From Octopus bimaculoides (taxonomy: Eukaryota), in the NCBI RefSeq assembly GCF_001194135.2, contig NC_068983.1, positions 140,501,569 to 140,565,568 on the forward strand: a stretch of DNA of 64,000 bases, written 5' to 3'. The position numbers and the translations under genes were made by a program. Position 1 is the first letter of the stretch; every line of letters begins with the position of its first letter. The notes under the pieces are model-generated. The model had not been told where the DNA came from, searched no databases, and worked only from the letters and a program-made list of their open reading frames with translations. This document shows positions 53,033-64,000 of this stretch, piece after piece.

Positions 53033-53341
53033 CACAAAAGTGCCCCACCGAATTTGTTTCTTCATAACTTTACCGAAAATGGAAATATTTGAATTACATT
53101 ATGTACAAATATGTTTATAATAGTGTAGATTGCAATTATATAGGAATTTGTTGTGAAAAAGTGTTCACGCTCCCATGAATTTTCCGAAACTGCTCTCGTG
53201 ACTAGAGGAGAATGTTTTCCACAACAAATTCCGATGTTATGGAAATCTAAGCCATGCTAAACATTTTTTTTTATTAAATTTCGTTAAAAAAGATACATTT
53301 TTCTGCAAGTTGCAAAACAAATTATGTGGGGCACAGTCGTG
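53033..53341. mobile_element. Palindromic MITE-like element
   Basis: Outer imperfect inverted repeat (gtgccccaccgaatttgttt / aaacaaattatgtggggcac) and inner one (53143-53166 / 53210-53232); TA at right end. Confidence 0.6.
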
Positions 53342-53861
53342 TACACATGCTTAAAACATTTATATATACGTACATGTAGCATTACTGACGTTCTTAGATA
53401 TGCATTTTGAGGTATAAATATAACACACACGTATATTTATATAAACATCCATAAATATACATTGCTTTATTTTTAAAGATATATCTCATACATGTATAAT
53501 ATATTACATAATTTTCCACCTTGCAATATCTCTCATCGTAACAGAATATCAAAATATATAATGCTTTTACTTATATGATATATTGAATGAATTGTTATAC
53601 CGGTGTCTTCCAATATGATCTGGTGGACATATCACTGCTGTTCTCTTTAAACTAGGTAGACTGTAATTTATTTCGAAACACCAAGGAGCCAATTTCTTTT
53701 ATCTAGTAGAATTGAAGTTTTGAGGTTTTGGTGCAATTGTCTTATTTTGTTTACGAAAAAAACTAAAATGCTAACCACATATGCTTATGCTTTGGAAGAG
53801 TGGCACTGGTACATAAACATATATTGTACAGTGTAGGTACCAATAATAATGATACTATAAA

Positions 53862-53872
53862 TAATGATGATA

Positions 53873-53970
<98 letters not shown>

Positions 53971-53971
53971 A

Positions 53972-54003
<32 letters not shown>

Positions 54004-54064
54004 AATGATGATGATGATGATGATGATAATGATGATGATGATGATGATGATGATGATAATGATG

Positions 54065-54096
<32 letters not shown>

Positions 54097-54109
54097 GATG
54101 ATGATGATA

Positions 54110-54141
<32 letters not shown>

Positions 54142-54153
54142 AATGATGATGAT
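53862..54153. repeat. Interrupted (GAT)n microsatellite, ~290 bp
   Basis: Direct reading, with sporadic AAT/GGT variants; source of the poly-D, poly-M and poly-S ORFs. Confidence 0.97.
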
Positions 54154-54223
54154 TTCATTTTTAACCTCAAAATGTTTACATTAAAAAAAACATTATGGAC
54201 AGTACAGGACAAAACAAAGAATT

Positions 54224-54289
<66 letters not shown>

Positions 54290-55397
54290 AGTGTGCGTGT
54301 GTTTGTGTATGTGTTTGAATGTAAGTTGTTTTTAAGGGTTTTGCGTGTACACAAGATTAACATAATGAAACAGAAAATAATTAAACAATGTGTAATACTC
54401 TATAGGGAAGACACGTTCGAGGGCTGCTCGTGGAAAGACCCCATAAAAACCATGGGTACCCTGACTTTTGGAGCAGGTCCCTCATTTTCTTTTATCTTCT
54501 GTTTGAGAGTCAAAAGACGTTTTTGACCCCAAACAGAAGATACACTGTTTTTACTTCAAACTTTTATGAATTTTTACTCATATTTGATAAGATGAGATTC
54601 ATCATCGGAACCAGTAACGTTATATATTTACTTTATATAATTTTAAAATCATTTTATTAAATTCTTTCTAAACTGACATGTCTTAGATTTACTTCTGTGC
54701 TATGTCCACATCCATCTTTGAAATATGTAGTCAAAGGGATATATAATCCCGGCGGTTACTGTGTTTCCTCTGAAATCGATTTTATGTGCCAGCTGACCAC
54801 AGCTGACTGTTGGTGATACCTGTGTAAACAATACGTTGTTTGACTCTGGTAATTATTCTCGCTTAGTAAATCCGAGTGTCTCATTCGTGTTTCAGTTAGT
54901 ATAGCTAGATATCCAAAATTACTGGAATAACAGCTGTGAAATCAAACAATGATAAATCAAAATTAATTGAATACCTCTAAAAATAAAAATAAGAATATTC
55001 TCCTCGAAATTAGTAGAATGATAAACATTTTAATAGTACTAATGAATCGACACAAACTTTTAATCTAACCTTCACCTATTTTTAACACAACCTTGCTTCA
55101 CCTAACACACTTCGCAGAGGTGAAACATGGATTGTTGATACTGCAAGTATTTGTGGTAATACCAATACCTCCTGATAAACACTTTATCAACTCAGCTTGC
55201 TGATTTCTTCAGCTTCACTTCGAATGGCAGTAGATGATAGACCCTAATGAAACTGTATCCAAAATGGAATCAGGAGGATGAATATCTAACAGTGTGCAGT
55301 CTATGCAGTTCAAATTCACGTAGGTCCATGGAGGAATGCTGTAAACAATTGATCAATATCATTACAGATGTGTAAAATATCACCTTTCTGCTGATAA

Positions 55398-55449
<52 letters not shown>

Positions 55450-57441
55450 AAATATGTTACAAAAACAAAGTAGAAACTACATGAGGAAATGTAAGGGGAA
55501 AGTAAGCAGAAAAATATGCGAAAATGCACATTGGAAATCAAAAAGAAGGTAAGGCTTTTTATGAAAAGTAACGATAGATATATACAATTAGATGAACTGA
55601 GGTAGGAATAAAGGTAATAAAAGTCATTATTGTGAGTTGTTAAAGAGATTTAAAAGCATACCGGTTTCGTGATATTACTAGTCATTACTTTGAGTATACA
55701 CCGAATTCTGAACGGTGTCAAGTCTATTAGTCTCTTAGTAAAAAGATTATGTGTAAGGGAGGTAAGTAGTTCTGGATTTAGTGCAATTAGGGTAGATCTG
55801 GATTTGTAGTGTGAATGGTGCATGAGATGTATGGTGGTTAGTGATATTAAATGGAAGATTAGTGGTGTTCTATATTATGTTATGTGTTCATATTTAGTTG
55901 AAGAATATATTTATTAATGAAAATTGCCTCTTTATTCATTCTTTGTTGTGTTGATGCGTTCTGTGAACATTGATAGAATAGAAAAATTAGGAAATTAGGA
56001 TTAAGATTCCTCGCACACCTTTCTATGTGCCCACTGACCTCCATCTGTCTGTAATGTGGGTGATGGATTTGTTCTTTGTGGAGAGTATTTCTTCTACGGA
56101 GTGATATTCCTGTTTGGCCAATATAGTTATTACTGCACCCTAAGCGTGTAATGGCATAGATTCGATTTTCCGAGGCACAGGTGAAATTTGATTTAATCTT
56201 AAATATTTCACCTTGTTTAAAGTGGAACTCAGAACCCTCAAATAGGTGGGGGCAAGTTCCACAGTTAGGTCGACCACATTTTTTTCTTACTTTTGGTTCT
56301 GTTGTTAATGGATACAGTCTAGCGCTGGTTAATATTTTTTTCAGTGATTTAGGTTCCATTTTACTTTTGATAATTTTGTGTGAGTCTACAATTTTGTTCA
56401 TTGTTTTATCTCTTGTGAGGATGGGAAGATTTTGGATGATAACGTTACAGGCTTCGTTGTTGCTAGGGTTATGTGCGGAGATGTATGGGAGTATTTTTAA
56501 GCCTGGTTTAGTAATTCGGTTGACTTTCCTTAATGTTTGTATGTCTATCTCCTTAGCTCGTTTGATTCCATTATTTATTAAAGATATTGGGTAATGCCTT
56601 TTGAGTAGTATTGATCTGAGTTCAGGGAGTCTTCGTTCACGAGTATAGGAGTCCGAAACTATGGTACAGATTCTTTTCGCTAGATTATAAGGTATATTTA
56701 TTTTTATGTGTTTGGGGTGGCATGAGTTAAATAATAGGTATTGTTTAGAATCTGTAGGTTTATAGAAGATATCTGTTTCTATGTGGCTATTGACTATTTT
56801 AATTAGGATGTCTAGAAAAGGGAGTTGTTTACGGCTGTGTTCCATAGCGAATTGTATGTTGCTATTAATATTAAGCATTATTTTGAATTCGAGGAGTTTG
56901 TCCATGCGGTCGTTCCAAAGTATAAAGCAATCGTCCAAATACCTCTTCCAGTTCTCCTTTAAATAGCAATGAAAAGAGTTGCCATATTTTTGTAATGATG
57001 AATGATATATTTTAAGCTCTAGGTAACCCATTACAAGGTTCGCAATCACTGGCGCAGCTCGGGTTCCCATTGCAATTCCACATTTTTGTTGATAGTAAAC
57101 TGTATCGAACATGAAATAGTTGTTCAGTAGGATGAATTTGAGTGCTGCGATTATGAATGTGTGGTTGATGCGCCCTGGGATCTCTTGTGGGTATTTTCTA
57201 GCCAGAAGGAGATCACTTCTATACTATAATCGTGTGGGACATTGGTGTACAAATTCACCACATCGAATGATACTAACAGGGTTCCTTCACTTATTGTCTT
57301 CGGGAGGTGGTTTAGCGTATCCATGTCATCCCTGATGAAGCTTCTCACATAGTTTAGAAACGGTTTGAGTAAGATGTCGAGGAAGTCGCTAAAACGGTGG
57401 GTTTCACAAGCAGGGCCAGCAATAATGGGTCTCAGTTTGAG
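55450..57441 (-). mobile_element. 5'-truncated Penelope-like retroelement (RT + GIY-YIG), best-preserved in window
   Basis: KLRPIIAGPACET, SFDVVNLYTNVPH, YYQQKCGIAMGTRAAP, WKRYLDDCF, LPFLDILI, YAITRLGCSNNYIGQTG; 410-codon open stretch 55880-57112 with frameshifts upstream; left boundary approximate. Confidence 0.93.
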
Positions 57442-57972
57442 GTCAGTTCATAAATTATACCAAGAGCGTATGCTTTAAGTGTCATGCGATAAGCATACTG
57501 CAAGTTCATTTCAATATTTTAGGGTTTTCGACCTCTCAGTTTTGGAAACATCGCTTACGTAACGAATCATAATGACAATGTAAGAGGTGTACATATTTCT
57601 TCCTAGTTCATTGTTTTCTTTTTATCTACTTATCTGATTTTAGGATTTGTATTTGACAATTGTTTTTTCATTATCATTTATTGATAAGTATCCACACAGC
57701 TGCTCGAGAATACAGTAAACATTATTAACCTGTTTAAGCATGCATTTATCTTTTAAATGAAATATTAAGGCATGCATATAACATGCCCATGGAGAAATGG
57801 TTTCAGAGATAATATTTCAGTAGAAAATCTAGTAACAGATACGACTGAAATTAAGAAGGTTGAAATTAAAAGAATATTTTAACTAGTCCACTAAAAACAG
57901 ACAAATTAATATAACTATTCGAGCTATTTTAACTACCTAAATTTGGCGTGTATCATTAAACTGCTTTGCGTT

Positions 57973-59021
57973 ATGGATTCCATTGCACAGAAAGAGAGAG
58001 GCTTTCAAAAGAGATTGAAATTTGATGCAATTCTGCAAACGGAGGATTACATTCAATACAGTTATTTAAACGAGATCATCGTACTCTGCTTATATTCAGA
58101 TCTTTCAGAATCTTCTAATTTTTCTGATGAGGCAAAACAACTGGCACATCATTACTTAAGCAATTTCAAAGGAAAAGATGTTGGTACTTATTCGAAGACA
58201 ATCGGTGAAGAGTTCACAAGAAAGGACGTCACAAATTACATTTTAGAACGTGATGGTACCTTAAATCTGGACCAAGACGAAGAGGTTCTCATTGAGAATA
58301 ACGAATGTTCATTATTGAATAATATCTTAAAATTGTTCATAGGTGCTCATATGAATAGTGGTTATGGCATTCTAATTCCTTATCCCTCATCACCTATTAT
58401 TCAGGAAGTAGTCGAAATATGTGCGTTTTTGCCTGTTCCCTATTATTTGACAGAAGCAGCAGATCACTGGACAATTAAGGAGGAAGCACTTGTGAAAGCT
58501 CTAGAAAGATCTGATTGCAAAATAAAGTGTATGATTTTGGAGAATCCTGGATATCCAACAGGTCATCTTTATTCAGAAAAAGAACTGGAGATATTTTTCC
58601 GTGTGGCCAAAAATCATGGCATTGTGCTTATAGCAATAGAAAATTTACAAATGGATGTTTATAGGAAAAACAACTTTTTATCATCCAGGAAAGCACTCAT
58701 GCAAATGGGTGAAATTTACAAATCTGTGCAATTAATGTCCTTGTTTTCGTTAGCTAGAAGTCCACAGGGTGACAAAGGTATGCAGATAAGTTTCATTGAT
58801 AGCTTACGAATGGATAAGTTGACCTCAAAATTCGGCACCCTTACCTTTACTTCAGCGGTTTCTATTCATCAAGTCTATTTAAGTCTTTTTCTAGCTCCAA
58901 AATATGTAAGAAAATACCCTTCATTTACAAAATTCGAAAATGAAAGATACAACTTCATAGAACTACTCGGAAATTTAGCTGAAATTACCGTTGACTTTTT
59001 TAACTTACAGCCTTATATGTG
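57973..59021 (+). CDS. ALT/GPT-like protein copy 2, 3' end lost in assembly gap
   Basis: Open frame from ATG 57973 to the N gap at 59022, indel-free against copy 1 (constant offset 11056 nt), same motifs (ENPGYPTG, AIENLQ, FSLARSPQGDKG). Confidence 0.82.
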
Positions 59022-59654
59022 NNNNNNNNNNNNNNNNNNNNNNNNNNNNNNNNNNNNNNNNNNNNNNNNNNNNNNNNNNNNNNNNNNNNNNNNNNNNNNN
59101 NNNNNNNNNNNNNNNNNNNNNNNNNNNNNNNNNNNNNNNNNNNNNNNNNNNNNNNNNNNNNNNNNNNNNNNNNNNNNNNNNNNNNNNNNNNNNNNNNNNN
59201 NNNNNNNNNNNNNNNNNNNNNNNNNNNNNNNNNNNNNNNNNNNNNNNNNNNNNNNNNNNNNNNNNNNNNNNNNNNNNNNNNNNNNNNNNNNNNNNNNNNN
59301 NNNNNNNNNNNNNNNNNNNNNNNNNNNNNNNNNNNNNNNNNNNNNNNNNNNNNNNNNNNNNNNNNNNNNNNNNNNNNNNNNNNNNNNNNNNNNNNNNNNN
59401 NNNNNNNNNNNNNNNNNNNNNNNNNNNNNNNNNNNNNNNNNNNNNNNNNNNNNNNNNNNNNNNNNNNNNNNNNNNNNNNNNNNNNNNNNNNNNNNNNNNN
59501 NNNNNNNNNNNNNNNNNNNNNNNNNNNNNNNNNNNNNNNNNNNNNNNNNNNNNNNNNNNNNNNNNNNNNNNNNNNNNNNNNNNNNNNNNNNNNNNNNNNN
59601 NNNNNNNNNNNNNNNNNNNNNNNNNNNNNNNNNNNNNTATATATATATTTATAT

Positions 59655-59703
<49 letters not shown>
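59655..59703. repeat. (GATA)n microsatellite
   Basis: Direct reading; a second tract lies at 63845-63908. Confidence 0.95.
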
Positions 59704-60331
59704 CATGCGCCTATGTACATAAACACATACACCTTTACACAGGCACACACATACTTGATAAAGCATGTTTGAATTCTGCGTTATAATAAAATGCCTCTAC
59801 AGTATCTACTTTTTAATTGTTTTCTCATCATTTTATATATATGTACGATTGTGATACCGCATTACGCATACAAGTAGGTATATGGGTATAATCAAATACT
59901 TGAACGCAAAGACAGACAGGAGCGAATGTATATGTGTGTATGTATATATACACGTATCTATATTAGATTATGTATGCATCTCTCTCTCTCTCCCTGTCTC
60001 TCTCTCTCTCAATACATGTGTGTGCTTGCGTGTATGTGTGCGCGCGCACGTGTGTGTATGTGTGTGTGCGTGACTGAGAGTGGACTGACACATAGCTATA
60101 CAATAAGGAACTGTCAGCTGCTCAGACGAAGCAGTTCACTGTGAGAGGTTGGTAGATAGCGTTCAGCCTTGTGTAATAGTAATCGTAGTGCGTCGTGTGA
60201 AAACAGTGTTTCCCCCTACTTCGTTAAATTTTTAAATTCAAAACTAGGATATAAAAATGACAGTGAGTTCTTCAAAGCTTCCGTTGGGTGGGTGTTTTTT
60301 TTTACTACGAAACCAAAAAGTTCATTTTAAC

Positions 60332-62428
60332 ATGGAAGATATATTGGTATCCGTGGTGCAATTTCAACAACCACAGCAGCAACTACAACTACAACAGCAA
60401 CAACAACAACAACAACAAAACTAACAGCTGTTAGAATCAATATTGACGAAGTCTGAAAACACTTCAGGTTGCTACTTACCATGCAGTGTAGCAAACTCAG
60501 TTGAAGAATTTAGCTATAATCCAGAAGAAATTACCTTCTCTGCATATTTTCGCAGATGCGAAGAAATCTTCAAGGAAGAATATAAGAACTGATCTGACGA
60601 GAAAATGTACGTCTCCTTTTAAGACAGTTATCCCCTACCGGACACGAAAAGAAAAAATATACATATTCAGCCGAGGAACCAGGTAAGATTTGTTTCGATG
60701 AAACGATTTTTTATCAAATGTTTTCAACGAAAGGAGTTCCCTATTAAATACTCGCTGTCGGTGTTTAAATTTGGTCAAAAAAGATGATGAATATTTAGTC
60801 ACCTATGCCGGAAATATTAATAGAGAGTGTGAAAAATTCAAATTATATGAATTAATCCTGGACATGCTTAAATGTCTTAATTCTTTTTTTTTTCAAGGGC
60901 TTACTGCAAGCAAAGATGCAAATATATATTCCTGGATATTAAGAAAATTAGAGCAAGACCAAAAATTAACTCCACAGGCAGTAGCAGATGAATGTCAGAG
61001 GATGATAAATCTGAGACATAAAGCAGACAAAATTGAAGGAAACTATTGCTCCCATATTCATGCGATAACAGAGAAGAAAAGGAGAAAAATATGCCGAGAC
61101 CGAATCAATGTTGTGACCATTTAAAATATGGTCTACATTTTAAAAGTAACCGACAGTTTAATAATATAAAATGCTTCAAGTGTGCTAAGAGCGGTCACAA
61201 ATATCACAATCTAAAACAAAATCTAAAAAACGGTTCAACAGAATGAATCACATAAACAGGTTACCTGTTACAAGAAATACCGACGAGCCTCAAAGGAAAT
61301 TAGTGCATGTAAAAATCAATAGCACAAACGTCAAGTTAAAATTGGATACAGGTAGTGATATCTTGATTTTTAATACAGATGCACGGGGGAAAATTGGGAG
61401 AACTAGATTAAAAGAATCTTTGAAAATTGCACATTTTAAGGGTGAATTGGTAAGTGACGTTACTTTTCGTGGAAAAATCTTAAAAGCCCATGTTTTTGTG
61501 TTGAGTAATACGACAAATGTATTCGAATGATTTAAGTTATGGAACCTCCCCATAAATATTTTCTGTAAAAATGTGAATGGTTTTTCTGCCAATACAAATA
61601 AGTCGTCTAACGAATTAAAGACAACAAATCAAAAAAATTTTTTTCCTGAAGTTCAGTTTGATGAATTAAGTTTGTGCACCAAAACAAAGGTGAAGTTTCA
61701 AGTAAAGAAAATGCTGTGGTGGTATTTAAACCAAGACGAACGGTACCTTTCACAGCGTTAGAACAGACAATCTTAGAGACTAGAAAAAAAATTGGAGCTA
61801 TCCAATAAGTGGAATATAGTCAATGGGCATCACTGACTATGTACTTTAAGAAAAATAAAATAAAATCAGTGTGAGTGTGTAGATTTTCCACAGGTGTAAA
61901 CGAACGTCTTAAAATTGCCACTATCTGCTACTTACTTCGGAGGATATTTCCGTGAAATTAAACGGTGGTAAGATATTTGTTAAAATGAATCTTTCTGACA
62001 AATACTTAGAAATTAAAGTAGACGATGAATACTCTAAATACCCAATAATTATTACACATTAAGGACTGTATAAATGCAATAGGTTACCATTTGGCTTAGA
62101 AGATGCACCGGAAATTTTTCAACAGTTTATAGATTCATTGTTAGCGAACTGTGAATTCGCAATTCTATATCTGGATAATATACTCAGAATAAGAGAATCC
62201 CGGGAACAACGCGTAGGGCCTATAGAATAGGTATTCGCAAAAATTAGGGATTACGGCTTTACTTTGAGTGAAGAAAAGTGTTAATTTTCTTACCGAAAAT
62301 AGAATATTGAGGACAAATCATTGAGAGAGATGAACGTCGATCAGATCTCCTTCCCACAAATATAGCGACCTTACAAGCATTTTGGGGACTGGAACATTAT
62401 TATCAAAATTATATTCCGAATATGCATA
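60332..62428 (+). mobile_element. Degenerate Ty3/gypsy LTR retrotransposon internal region (gag, protease, RT)
   Basis: Gag NSVEEFSYNPEEITFSAYFRRCEEIF and YAGNINRECEKFKL; decayed knuckle CFKCAKSGH; protease LDTGS (61342-61356); RT RLPFGL..APEIFQ and YLDN (62168-62179); many stops and frameshifts; RNase H/integrase not seen. Confidence 0.88.
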
Positions 62429-63844
62429 AGAACATCGGAAGAGCCGTTTTAACGATGCGTCCTGCCCAACTCTTCGAAACGCCGGTGTTAAAACGGGGGT
62501 AGCTGATGAAAGAAAATGTTCTCTATGTGGCTTGTGTGTTTTCTGTACTCTGGTTATTATTATTTTCTTGTCTACGTTTTGTTTGCAATGTCCTGTACCC
62601 AGATATGCACCTATATATACAGGTAGACGTAGGTATGCACATACCTGTACGTATATATGCATATACTCATTTATTATTTGTTTTTACATGACCGAACGCC
62701 ATCGTCACCAATGTTGTAAGTAGTTATTTCAACTTTATATTTTCTGACGCGATTCTATCTCTTCCTCTATCACTTTTTCCCCCTTCTCCTTCTTCTTCTG
62801 TTACTACTACGTATCTCTCTTNNNNNNNNNNNNNNNNNNNNNNNNNNNNNNNNNNNNNNNNNNNNNNNNNNNNNNNNNNNNNNNNNNNNNNNNNNNNNNN
62901 NNNNNNNNNNNNNNNNNNNNNNNNNNNNNNNNNNNNNNNNNNNNNNNNNNNNNNNNNNNNNNNNNNNNNNNNNNNNNNNNNNNNNNNNNNNNNNNNNNNN
63001 NNNNNNNNNNNNNNNNNNNNNNNNNNNNNNNNNNNNNNNNNNNNNNNNNNNNNNNNNNNNNNNNNNNNNNNNNNNNNNNNNNNNNNNNNNNNNNNNNNNN
63101 NNNNNNNNNNNNNNNNNNNNNNNNNNNNNNNNNNNNNNNNNNNNNNNNNNNNNNNNNNNNNNNNNNNNNNNNNNNNNNNNNNNNNNNNNNNNNNNNNNNN
63201 NNNNNNNNNNNNNNNNNNNNNNNNNNNNNNNNNNNNNNNNNNNNNNNNNNNNNNNNNNNNNNNNNNNNNNNNNNNNNNNNNNNNNNNNNNNNNNNNNNNN
63301 NNNNNNNNNNNNNNNNNNNNNNNNNNNNNNNNNNNNNNNNNNNNNNNNNNNNNNNNNNNNNNNNNNNNNNNNNNNNNNNNNNNNNNNNNNNNNNNNNNNN
63401 NNNNNNNNNNNNNNNNNNNNNNNNNNNNNNNNNNNNNNNNNNNNNNNNNNNNNNNNNNNNNNNNNNNNNNNNNNNNNNNNNNNNNNNNNNNNNNNNNNNN
63501 NNNNNNNNNNNNNNNNNNNNNNNNNNNNNNNNNNNNNNNNNNNNNNNNNNNNNNNNNNNNNNNNNNNNNNNNNNNNNNNNNNNNNNNNNNNNNNNNNNNN
63601 NNNNNNNNNNNNNNNNNNNNNNNNNNNNNNNNNNNNNNNNNNNNNNNNNNNNNNNNNNNNNNNNNNNNNNNNNNNNNNNNNNNNNNNNNNNNNNNNNNNN
63701 NNNNNNNNNNNNNNNNNNNNNNNNNNNNNNNNNNNNNNNNNNNNNNNNNNNNNNNNNNNNNNNNNNNNNNNNNNNNNNNNNNNNNNNNNNNNNNNNNNNN
63801 NNNNNNNNNNNNNNNNNNNNNTATATATATATGGATGGATGGAC

Positions 63845-63908
<64 letters not shown>

Positions 63909-64000
63909 GTGCGTATATATGTATGTATTAATTTTTCACCTTGGCATAGTGATAGTTATAAGCTAGTATTAGAGCTCAATATACATATGCATCAGAAATA

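Noticed and set aside
53763-54318. Poly-Asp, poly-Ser and poly-Met ORFs
   Set aside because: Frames of the (GAT)n microsatellite; no splice or codon evidence for a real acidic protein.
147-63960. Many long ORFs containing X, YI, HT or CV repeats
   Set aside because: Artefacts of N gaps and dinucleotide microsatellites.
1-64000. CRISPR arrays, rRNA, true tRNA genes and prokaryotic operons
   Set aside because: None seen; tRNA-like sequences are SINE heads with TSDs or SINE bodies attached.

Overview
AT-rich, microsatellite-dense eukaryotic DNA with many N gaps. The SINE families, repeat load and gapped assembly suggest an octopus/cephalopod genome (inference, not checked by search). Most of the window is decayed mobile DNA: Penelope-like retroelements (RT + GIY-YIG), a CR1/L2-type LINE, two R4/Dong-like fragments beside (TAA)n, a Ty3/gypsy element, an orphan LTR+PBS, Tc1/mariner derivatives, a Helitron remnant and three tRNA-derived SINE families. 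The only convincing host coding sequences are three intronless alanine-aminotransferase (ALT/GPT)-like copies: one complete ORF (46917-48245 +), one open ORF running into a gap (57973-59021 +) and one inverted pseudogene (22982-23963 -). Best lead: both open copies have lost the PLP Schiff-base lysine and nearly all other cofactor/substrate residues, and the pseudogene shares the replacements I could check, which points to an expanded pseudo-enzyme family. Second lead: an intact type I hammerhead ribozyme (52070-52166) inside a non-coding element bounded by inverted repeats, plus further hammerhead remnants at Penelope 3' ends. All alignments and counts were done by eye and are approximate.
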